From Dicyema japonicum (taxonomy: Eukaryota; Animalia; Dicyemida): a stretch of DNA of 64,000 nucleotides. The stretch covers positions 1,041,222 to 1,105,221 of the forward strand of contig RDEW01000018.1 of the NCBI GenBank assembly GCA_011109175.1. The letters are read 5' to 3'. Position 1 is the stretch's first letter; the number at the start of each line of letters is the position of its first letter. Position numbers and translations under genes: made by a program. The notes under the pieces were generated by a model that was not told where the DNA came from, ran no database searches, and worked only from the letters and a program-made list of their open reading frames with translations. This document shows, piece after piece, positions 34,990-46,089 of this stretch.

Positions 34990-36450
34990 ATGTCGTCGTT
35001 CGAAAGCTCAAATATCAACCAGAACTCTGAAAACGACGAAAATAATGGAATTTATAGTTTCAAATACGGCTTATTTAAGAAAAACTGGCCGAAATGACCA
35101 AGAACTTTAATGACATGTCCCTGGCACATACAATAGCGGTCGACGAGAACTTCCAATTTGCCACTGAGGACTTCGACAACGACAACAGTATACAATCAAC
35201 CATCAAGAAGATCTTTCACGACGCCTTCTGGGATATTCTGGATACCCAGTTGAATGAAACTCCTCCAAATTACACACAGGCCATCTCCCTCCTTCAAGAA
35301 TTAAAACTTGTAAGTCTCTGACTTAGTAGAATTTCAACTTCGTCATTTCTGAAAGGCATCCTATGCTGAGGGACCAAGTGGACTCTTATTTGGACCAAGA
35401 GCATATCAGAAACAGCTCTCCACGGATACCTTCGAACTTGGTGAATACGCAGATTTTGTTATCCGGATGATGGCCAATCTGTGTGCGCCAATCAGGGATC
35501 AGCAAGTGGCCAGTTTGTACTCTTTCAAGGACCGGCCGGCTCTCCTCTTTAGGTAGTTAGTCTGTCCTTACATTGTAGGAACATATTTGAGATTATGGAA
35601 CTTATGAAGGTTGATATGATCAACTTCCTGATCAAAAGGGCGAGACCGATGATTCTCCAGCATTCCGTGGAATATGAAAAAGCCAAGTTTTCCACCGTAT
35701 TCGGTTATCCGTGACCGTAATCGTAGAAACCGAGAAGGACGGCATTGAGTTTACCAAAAATTGGCTAAAAGAGGCCGTCAAACGATGTGGAAACGACACG
35801 GCCATGAATATCCTCAACAACGCCTACTTAGACCTCCTCAACATGTCTTTGGATGAGTCTTATCACCTCCCAGAAGTAAGGTTGGTTTAACAAAGACTCT
35901 TATTCTGGACGGGTTCCGAGTTGTCTATACTTCTGAGAATACGGCCAAAATATGCTTGTTATGTGCGGTTCTGTCCCTTCTCAGTGCTCACGTGAGGGAG
36001 GTGACCAGGGAGATGCTTGCAACTTGTTATGATATGCTGGTTAGCAAGTTTTACCCATTCACCTATATGTATGTGGGTTACTGAGTGCAGACGGTTGACA
36101 AAAAACGCGGAAGATGCTTCGAATGTGTTCATGGAGGTGCTAATGGAATTTATGAGAGTTGGAGAGTCTTATGAAGGGTTGAGGACTGCCATTAGGACGA
36201 GCTGTGTGGAAACATGAGGGTGTTTAAGCTGTTGTGTAAGTGTGGGGTTACTTTAGTTGAAAGAATTTGTGACTTTTATGGGAAGAAGTTGAGAGGAGAG
36301 TTATGTGAAATCCCCAATGGGTTAAATGTGGCTGAAAATGTACTGAATATATTGGGGGATCAGTTCAGTCAGTTAATGTCCTACAATCGGACTGTTTATG
36401 GGACTTGGTATGACAAGATCATACTTGAGTGTAAGGATAGCAATAATTAG
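34990..36450 (+). CDS. TCP11: T-complex protein 11 (TCP11-like) with two single-base frameshifts in this assembly
   Basis: DMSLAHTIAVDENF, FHDAFWDIL, LCAPIRD, LMKVDMINF, HSVEYEKAKF, PETLILD, YNRTVYGTWYDKII. Seven 20-26 nt introns. Confidence 0.92.
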
Positions 36451-37117
36451 CCACATTTCTTGCTTATTATTCTTATCTTGATTTACTTGACTTTTAGTGG
36501 TTTGTAGTTAGTCATATTTGTTTGGCTTACTGGTGGTTGATTTGTGATATCTGTGTTTTTAATAGAGTGGGTGTTGATTAAGGACTCCGGGATTACTGGG
36601 ATAAAGATATAAAAAATCAATTGAGTACGGCGAGTTTGTGCTACTCGATTATTTAAGTGATCATAAACCGAGGAGGTCGATACAGGGAACTTGGTTGTGG
36701 AGTCAGCTTATATTTTGGAAAGCTTCAAGGTATCTGAGAGAGGTTTAGAGAGGAGTGATGAAACCCCTTTGGAAATTTCATTGTCGTAGAACTGTTTCAA
36801 AATTGTGTACATATAATCGTGGTTGTAATATGGACATGAATCCGTCAACGTTAAACTCTTACGGCGAGGTTAGCAGGAAATTATTTGTTTTCGATGAAAT
36901 TAGTCCCATTGGTGTCTCATTTACTTATTAGGTTGATAATCTAATATATAAATATGTTCAGTGTCTATTCGTGGTGTCGTGTATCAAAGCATACAAATGG
37001 TAGGCATTGAGATTTATTGATAATTTGATTGCTTAATTGATGTACTTTGAGCTGTAATATGGATGTTATTGAGAATGACGTCATTATTTATAGTCAAACC
37101 TAGATTCGAAGAAAACC

Positions 37118-37450
37118 TCACCTCGGTTTTTGGAACAAACTCAGAATCTTGAACACTTGGTAGGATTGAGGTAAAAATGGAAAATATCCTTTCAGGTAGA
37201 TTAGTAAATAATCTGCATAAATGAATATCCCTGAGTTCAGGTTCACTGGAACATAAAGATTCGCCATAAAAGTATTGAATAAAATTGGAGTCGTCGAAAT
37301 CCCCGTTGTCTTGGGAGAAGAAAATACGTTCTTCAATATGCCTTGAAGATAATCCGTTCGATAATCTTCGATATCGAGCATATGAGGCTGATAGGTCTAT
37401 AGCTCAGGGGTCTCTACTCGATTTACCAGGTTTAAGGACCATCTCAACTA
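37118..37450 (-). mobile_element. degraded LINE RT fragment
   Basis: PILFNTFMA...IYADY. Confidence 0.6.
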
Positions 37451-38999
37451 TGTAACTTTTCTACCAATCCAGATTATGTTTACATTTTATACTTACGTTA
37501 AATACAAAAAAGGTGAGAGAACGATCTTTTAGTATTTTTAGACACAGCTTTCGATTTCCGGCTATCTAAAACCACAGACATTCCTTATACGCAAATCCAG
37601 AAGATCTTTGGAGTGACATTCGACTCTTATAACGTTCTCCAGTCACACGGAGGAAGTGTTAACAAAGGGTCTTCAGAAATGAAACATCCTAAAACCTATC
37701 ATAAAAAAGAACTCAGGGACAAGCACACGAGCAGATCGAGCGTATGAACTCTAAGGCGGAAGATCATGCGGCATATGCATCAGACATCATATCCATCCCT
37801 AATCACCTTTCAGAAACGGGTAAGTTAAGAAACAACCAAGGCTTCCTGTTTAAGTTTTTGATTATGGCTTAAAGTTCTTGATTATGGCTAAATCCATTGG
37901 TAGAAGATGAGCAGTTGTGTTTTTGGAAGGAATATAGTTTCAATTTTCTAAAATCCATTAAACAAGCGAATTATAAACTCAGTTTACCCATTTTCACTTT
38001 TTTTAAGAATTTCTGAAAGTGTCGAAATTCCCATATTATTGTTTTATGGGATAAATTTTATCTTGTAGAATTAGGAATATATTTTTATAGTCATTTTTAT
38101 GTATTTTTTTATTTCACAAGTCTTTCTTTTCTGTGCAAATTAAATTATGGGTTAAGCATTGACATAGATTACGTTTTAAGACTTTTAGTCATCAAATTCA
38201 AGATAACGCTTTGTCATCAAGTTGACCATTTTGGACAACCACGTTGGGCTTTTAGATTTCAAAAACTGCCTCATGCTTCCCAAAATCATTTTCAGAGGGT
38301 GACACTGTTATTAAGATCTTCTATCTTTCCTTGATGGTGAACTTGAGTCACATGTAAATATGACTTTGAATATACATTTTGACAAAAATGAATGGATTTA
38401 AACAGCACTTCCTGTTGGTTCAGTAGGAAATATCCTATTATACCTTTGGACACTCAATTGAGTCATATTTTACCTATTCAGTTCATCCTAGGATGTAGGG
38501 ATTCCGGTTTAAACGTATCTCTTTTACCCTCAGGAGCTATGGGTGCATGGAAGGATTTATTTCTTAATACTCCTGATGAAGTACTAATCGTAAATCGCAT
38601 TTAAGATGTGTTTTTGATAAGGTCTTCCTTGAGAGCTGTGGAGATAAAAGAAAACTTGTCTGCCTCAAAACTGCCAGCAGTCATTCAACGGTTACTTGGT
38701 TGAATGCCTATCCTATTACTGAAATTGATGACCAGCTGGATGATAAGAGAATAGCCGTTTCGCTCCGCTTTGACCTTAAAGTATGTGCTGTGATTATTTC
38801 GCAGTTAGTTTGTTGACTACAAAAAGGGACCCCGAAAATAGGGATGACTGATCAAACTCATTTACATACAAATCATAAGAGGAAAAAATTTTTCAACCAA
38901 ATAAGAAAATAAAAGTCAGAATTAAACTATTTAAAGATTGGCTGTATGAATTTATTCTCTTTCGTATTGAGCCATTCATGGCTCTCTTACTGCAATCTC

Positions 39000-39900
39000 T
39001 TGGTCACCATTACCAATCTGATTTTCACTCCAGCATTGTTTTTCTATGGGCACGATTTCGTCATCCTCAACTTGTTGTAAGAAATGAATGACCTCATTAT
39101 TATCATTTTCTTAAAGTTCATCCCATGTCGGAGCTCCACTAACATGCTTTCAAGAGTTTTCTTTAACACAAAACATCCATGTATGACTTGTAGAACTTAA
39201 AATTCTCTCCCAAAACAATAGAAATAATTTTAATTTTCGCATTGTATATTTGAGACAACTCTCCAGCGAGGAAGTGCTATTTATGAAGTTTTTCTACTTT
39301 AACCACTTTCAGCAACTCCTGAAAAATGATTCCAACCTCTACTAAAGTAATCTCACTTGTCCTTTTATAAAAAAATATGTCCGGCTTATTATGCTGTACT
39401 TTGAGATCCGTCATTAGCGTCGTATCGACTCGGATCTCAACATTCTCAGTTGTGACTATTGATTGGACTGAGTGAGTCTTCAGCTTCTTTAAAATTTCAT
39501 CCAAGTTCATAGGATTTCAAATTTTCTTTAATTGCAAGATTCATTCCAAATAGTAGCTTTTTAACCAAAATTTTGTAAGGAATCTTTTTAGTGGCAAGCC
39601 GATTAGTTCGAGAAGACTTTGAACTCTCCCAATTTGGAATTAAATTCCTCAAGATAATTTCTTAAATTGGATATTTCATAATTCTGTGAGAGAGCTCCAC
39701 AAGAATCACTCTTGATAGAATTCTTTGTACATGACAATCTTGAGAGTTTTTTGATATCGGAGATAGACTTCGAGGTCTCAAACTTTTCATTGAAAGTATC
39801 CGTTATAATGGACTATCCATTCCTCGGAATACGATTAAATCTCTGACGAGAAAGTCTGACAACCTCGCTGGCCCACTCTACTCTACAACATCAGCCATGG
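39000..39900 (-). mobile_element. degraded R4/Dong-like REL-endonuclease retrotransposon fragment
   Basis: VDTTLMTDLKVQHNKPDIF...TLVEVGI...EKLHK (PD-(D/E)xK REL domain). Confidence 0.7.
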
Positions 39901-40232
39901 CTATCAGAGCTTGCGGTTTTGTGCTAAAAACAGCATCCGAAGTAATCTCCAGAACATTATACAGTTCCCGAGCCATTCTACTTCGTCCGTGTTTTCAGTT
40001 TCCATGTCAGCAGGAAGGCCCGTAGAATATGTTTCAAATTGTTTATTCAAAACAAACATGCCCTACACCACAAAAGATTTTTTTATTCAGGAATTGATTT
40101 TTCAACCAAAGATAATTACTAATTTATAAAATTGTGGAAGTTTATTTTCAAAATTAAATTTATTTCCATTTTGATAGACGTGATTAAATTCTTATTATTT
40201 TTGTTCATAAAGAAATAACTGAGTAATCATGA

Positions 40233-41205
40233 GTAGTTAATTACTGAGTCCAGCGGATATGATCGAGTGGCTGTTACCTCTGACTACTGCCAGGGATATC
40301 CTTTGGAATAGCCACTCGGTTTCCCGACGCTCCCTCGAGGCTTTGGTCAATAGACACCTAAGTGCTCTAAGGAAAAAGACCGTCTTGGGGCCAAAGACTC
40401 CGCTCGTCTCGACGACCACTGGCTGTAAATGGTAACGGTTTAGGAGGCTGCTGTATTTCTATATTTTTGAGTTTTCATATAAACGGGAGGCCTCTACCGC
40501 TTTCATTGCCGACCTCAAAAGTTTCGACTGGGAAAAGCTGTCAGTACAGGCAGCATCCCGAATTAAGCATTTGCCCCGAGAGAAGGGGAAGACAGTAATT
40601 CCATCGGGTCGCTTCCCATCATCCCTACTCAAGCCCGTTGGCTCTAGAATGGATGGGTATCCCGCCAACTCGAGGGCGCGCTTCACCACTTCATTTATAG
40701 CCTTGTGTCTAGCGAATCGACCTGCGCTTTTTCGACAAGAAAGGGCATGATGTCCATAGCAGTCGACCTTCCGGCCGCATCGGCACTCATGGGGTTGACA
40801 AACTTTCAATCCAAGTCTGATGGAGACTCCGGTGCGGACCGTTTCATCGTCTAGATGAGTTTCCACGTTTCCAATGGGTAGGGCATTGATCCAAGCCCCG
40901 CTCCACTCGCATCTTGCAGTTAAAAGACAGGCTCGTCGGTGTTGGTTAGATATTTTCAAAAGCCTCTCGTATTAATCCTCGCAGACAGACTCATAAAGGT
41001 CTCTCTGTTCGGGTTGTTTGACTTTAGGGTGTACCAAATCTTCGATCTTTGACAACTCTGATGGGAGCTGGAGAATCATCATGATCAAATTCTGATTGGA
41101 GTCCAATGAGGATTGATATGCCGGTGTAAAATCAGATGGTGAGAAAATTCCGAGTCCATCAAAGCGAACGGGCAAGGTAGCTTGTTCCCATCCTTATTCG
41201 TCGAA
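40233..41205 (-). mobile_element. CRE-clade retrotransposon 3' fragment
   Basis: SGAWINALP, CRCG...HALSC, RHKAIN, RPDG, VETSG, QRISLAVVRGN. Confidence 0.9.
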
Positions 41206-41240
41206 TGAGGAATGAATGATAAAAACGAAAATCTCATTTA

Positions 41241-42216
41241 TTAGTTTTCAACAATTGTTTTTTTTTGTTGATAGTAAAACTCTCTCATTTCATCAGGGGA
41301 TTGATCAAAATGGTGAGAGACTGCGTTTTTACTGAGGCAAATAGTTGCAGAATTCTGAGTGATAATAAATCCCTCGACATTATATTTTATGACATGTGCT
41401 TCTTCTCCACAAATTCCTTAGAGTTATTTAATTTTTACCTGTAATTGCGACATCTTCCAAATGTATTAATTTTTTATTTTTACAAACTTCAACTATAGCA
41501 TCTACTGCTGCCCTTGTCATAACATAGCACGTGCCGGAACAATATGGAGGATTCATCCAAGGATACTCATCATAGGAAATTGCCCTTGGAATTTAACTTT
41601 GAAGTTACCATTTTGAATTGTCCCTTATCGGCTTACCATCCTTAAACAAAAACCCAAACAAAAAACGGCCATTTTGTTTGATGCGGTTTCCAAACTGAGA
41701 AATCCTTAATGTCAATTCTTCAATGTTGAAAAGGACGTCGTCATCGATTTTAACAAAAAAATTAAAATTCTTAAAGTTATAAAAAGCCCATCTTATTTTA
41801 TTAATAAGGACCAACTTGAGAGCCTCAATGCTTTTGATGCTCAAATTGAAGTAAGATTCGTAAAAGTCTGCGAATATAAGATCTCCATGTAGTTTTGATT
41901 CCTCATCCAGATAAGAAGGTCGTCCAGTTTTATAGTGTCCCATGAAAAATACTAACGTTGCATTAAATTCCTTTATTGTTTTCTTATTACCCCACGTGTC
42001 TCTAATCACCTGCCTTCTTTCTTGATTTTTAGGATCTAATAGATAAATTAAGTTTACCCGAGATTACCACTATCAAAATATTTGTGTTTTTCTCCATCAA
42101 ATTATCTATAGAGTACATCTTGAAGACCAGGATAATAAATAGTAAAATCACCTGAGCTAAAACTTCAAAAATATGTACTGCAATGACTGCTATATACGTT
42201 TTCTCCTTAAATACAT
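41241..42216 (-). pseudogene. GT31 galactosyltransferase copy B (early TAG)
   Basis: Full motif set, but AAA CGT ATA TAG places a stop at codon 9. Confidence 0.85.
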
Positions 42217-42689
42217 TATTGTGAATCGTGTTTTCGTGAGAATCTAAAATTGGAACGGCATAAATAATATATATTATTTAATGATATTTCGGCAGCTTAT
42301 ACATCGTGATTCTAGGACTCAAATGATTTCCTTAAGGCGTGTCATTATTTTGCATATTACACAAAAGGGATCCAGATAACAGGGATGTCTGATCAAGTGG
42401 ATTTCCTTCATATCGTGAAAGGAATTGACTTTCAACCCAGAAGCTATTTACTAATTTATTAAAATTTGGAAGTTTATTTTCAAAATTGAATTTATTTTCA
42501 TTTTGATAGATGATACTAAATTCCTATTATTCTGTTCACAAATTCCTCATAGATTGACCCAATATAAAGAATGTCATCGTCCGTACGTAGACCTAATCAA
42601 AATAAAAATTAGTTTTCTGGATAATTCATATTTTTCTTAGTTAAATGGTGTAATTTTTAGTTAAAATCGTTTATATTTTCAAAACATAA

Positions 42690-42965
42690 AGGAGAGCAGC
42701 AATTAAACTCTCCTTAAACAAGAAACTGAAAGACTGTCTAAGGGAGGACGAAAATAAGCTGTTAGAACCGATTAGCAGGATTGTGGATGATCGGATCAAT
42801 GGTTTCAAGAGTAGATCAAAGATCCAGGACACGAGATCCAGGACACGTATATAAATCTGGGAGAAACGTCCTGAAAAAATTTTAAAAAGGAGGAAGGGTC
42901 CAGGTGTGGAGTCCAAGCCTTGGTAGGACTCAGATGTAATAACTTCCAGATAACTCCTTAACTAT
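42690..42965 (+). mobile_element. 3' fragment of the LINE family at 3556-5463
   Basis: AAIKLSLNKKLKDCL.EDENKLLEPIS shared at high identity. Confidence 0.88.
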
Positions 42966-43572
42966 CTCACCGTTTGTATTGCTGTCTAAATGATAGTAAT
43001 AATGCTTTGTTAGATTTCGATACTTAACGGCTCAGATATAACCATCTAAACCGGTTAGCGCTAACTTTCATACGTTAAACGGCTTTAATGGTTAAATCGA
43101 TTTTGCGCCTCGTTCTCAGCCTAATTTCATTTAGGACCGGTCACATTAATTAACGTGAACAAATGGTCTAGTGCGAGATAACTAAGAAAAATTAAGAAAT
43201 TAAAAGAAATTAGTAATGATTTTGACGTAGGAGGAGATATTAGTCCACTTGACAGATTTCATAAAAGAAATTTTAAAAAATTTATTTTCCAGAGTAAAGA
43301 CCTATATTTTACACAGTAATAAAAAACTACGGTTTTTGTAAAGAAATCAATTTGTGCTAAAACAATAGTGGTATTCCATAAAGTCGCAATTTATAGTCAG
43401 AACATAATTTTAATTACTTCGGTAGAGACCGACTGTTTCCAAAAATGAGAAAGGAGTATTACGGTATTAGTAGGGATCTGATTACGACAGTTACCTCAAA
43501 TTGTTTATTTTGTCAGGTACTTTTTGCTTTTTAATCCATATGCAAAGATATTATACACGAAACCGCCTATAA

Positions 43573-44999
43573 CAGAGGTTGTCAAACGGTGTGCCCGCCT
43601 GCCAAATACAATTTGAATAAATTTATATACATTTTTTGACCTAATTAATTTAAAAAGATAAACGAATTAAAATAATTACTAAAATTAAAATAATCATTTT
43701 TTTATTATACATTAAATGACATTTACATTGGTTAACCATTATTAATTAATTTTTTAATAACGTGCGCATTAACGTGCTTATGGGTAAATCAGTTCGTCGT
43801 TCTTATATAGATTTTTATTTGTCATTTGGATTTATATGCAAAGATAAAAATAAACTACCTTAATGTCTAATTTGCATGAAGTCTTGGCAAATGATGCTAT
43901 GGTTTAGCAAACTAAAGAGATATTTTACTTCCAAGCATCCGGACTATTCCGAAAAATCTGATATATTTTATCCATTTGAAAAAACAACAAGTATTATTTG
44001 TTTTTACTATGAATCGTAGATCTAGTCAAATGATGTTCAGTGAAACTTTTGTAAACACAGAGGAATCATTGAAATGTTCATACCTGATCTCAGAATTGAT
44101 AGCAAAACAACTAAAACCTCACACTATTCTCGAAAACTTGATAATCCCTGCTTGTCGTATTATTGCTCGGACTATGTTTGGTCATAAACATGAACAAAGA
44201 TATGAAGATACCTTTGTCAGAAAACACTGTTTCTCGTCGGATTTGTGCTTTGTCGGAGAATATTGAAAATAATGTCTCATTTTCTATTAAAGAAACTCGG
44301 TTTTCATTACAACTTGATGAATCCACGGATATTTTTCCTAATACGAATGGTTTATTTTTTATTTTTTTATAATAAGGATATAATGGTGAATCGATAAAGG
44401 GAATGATTAATGAACATTTAATAATTTTGGAAAACAAATTGGATGCTTATTTTCCAGACTTAGAAATTGAAAAATTCAATTGGGTTATTTTTTAAATATT
44501 TTTTAGATACGAAATCCTTTGTTTGTGTAAGAATCAAAACAATTATCTGTTAAAGAAAATGAAGAACTTATTGCACTGTTTAATGATCGATCCTTAAAAT
44601 TAATGATGAGGGAGTTAGACATTGGAGAATTCTGGATATATATTCGAAACATATATCCCAGTTTATCAAAACAGCATAATTTTACAGTTTTCAACGACCT
44701 ATTTATGCGAAACAGGTTTTTCTACGCTGCATAATATGAAATATAACAAACGTGAAAGTTTGAGAAACATTGATGCTGAAATGCGGGTGGTTTTGTCAAC
44801 CATTCGACCTGATATTGATGATATATGCAAAAATAATAATAATTAAGATTTCATTTTTTTATTAATAAAAATTTGGGCATTAAATTACCAATTTTTTACT
44901 TAGTTTTACACATCTTAAAATTTAATTTTTTAATGTGTGCCGTGGATTATTTTTTTTTACGATTAGTGTGCCGCGAGAATTATTTTTTGAAAAGCTCTG
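43573..44999 (+). mobile_element. hAT (Charlie/Buster-type) internally deleted transposon
   Basis: TIRs CAGAGGTTGTCAAA/CAGAGCTTTTCAAA; 8-bp TSD GCCTATAA/GCCTATTA; transposase remnants KPHTI.E.LI.P, FSLQLDESTD, FSTTYLCETGFS. Confidence 0.93.
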
Positions 45000-45149
45000 G
45001 CCTATTAACAACGATTTTAGCTAGAAGGCCAAGGGATCGCTGACTTTAATCCAAGAGATACTCAGATATGAATGATGGTTATTTTCAAAAATTATATTTA
45101 TTTTCATTTTGATAGATGTCATTAAATTCCTATTATTTTTTGTTTTTTG

Positions 45150-46078
45150 TTGAACGTAAAACTCTCATTTTTTCAGAGAAATATCAAGATGGTAAGAGGC
45201 TGCGTTTTTAATGAGGCAAATGTTCCCAGAATTCTGAGTGTTAATAAATCCCTCGACATAATATTTTATGACCTGTGTTCCCTATAAATTCCTTATAGAG
45301 TTTATTTCCTTTTACATGTAATTGCTATGTGTCAGTTCAGTGTTTTACACCTTTCTAAAAATCTCTCTGTCTTTATCGTACTCTCGGTCTGTCTATTTAC
45401 CCCGTTTACAATTGGAACTTTCAACGTTAGAGAACACACTTCTAACACTAAACAGGACACCTTATGTATGGATTGGAAAGATATAAAGTTTTCGATGAAC
45501 TGCGAAAATGTGCGAGGGGAACGTTTCTGGAGAAAACTGGTAGACCGGATAATGAGGAATACAGCACAAGCAGAATCATAAGTATTCATTTTCCTGTGGG
45601 TAATGCTGGAGTGCATTTAACTTTTTAACTAACTGTAATTGCGTTATCTTCCAAATTTATTAATTTTCTATTTTTACAAACTTCAACTATAGCATCTATA
45701 CGCTTGTCTTGTAGACACATAACACGTGCAGAACAATATGGGGGATATTTACTAAGGGATGCTCATCGAAGTAAATTTTTTTCTTTGGAGTTTAAATTTG
45801 AAGTTCCATTTTGAATTCATTCTCTTAGGAATTCTTCTGTTTCGTTGTAACAGTTCTACATTAATAAACCAAACAAAAAACGACTATTTTCTTGATTCTC
45901 CTCAGAAATGAGTAATCCTTCAGTCAGTGCTTATAAGTTGAAGAGAACGTCGTCATCGATTTTAACCAAAAATAATTTTTTTTAATTTATATAAAACCCA
46001 TCTTTATTATTATTATTGAACTCCAACTTGAGAGCTTCAATGCCCTTGACTCTCAAATTGAAGTAAGATTAGTAAAGT
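45150..46078 (-). pseudogene. GT31 galactosyltransferase copy C (older, 5'-truncated, carries an insertion)
   Basis: Diverged homology to copies A, B and E including KIDDDVLF. Confidence 0.8.
45326..45633 (+). mobile_element. 308-bp internally deleted RTE-derived element
   Basis: 9-bp TSD TGTAATTGC (45317-45325, 45634-45642); FTIGTFNVR (APE start) joined to a WRKLVDRI C-terminus; TAAC tail. Confidence 0.8.
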
Positions 46079-46089
46079 TTACTATATCG

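Noticed and set aside
35400-36220. Programmed frameshift at GAAACA in TCP11
   Set aside because: The same hexamer is read without a shift in DCN1, and other frameshifts in the window involve T, C and G runs; sequencing error is more parsimonious
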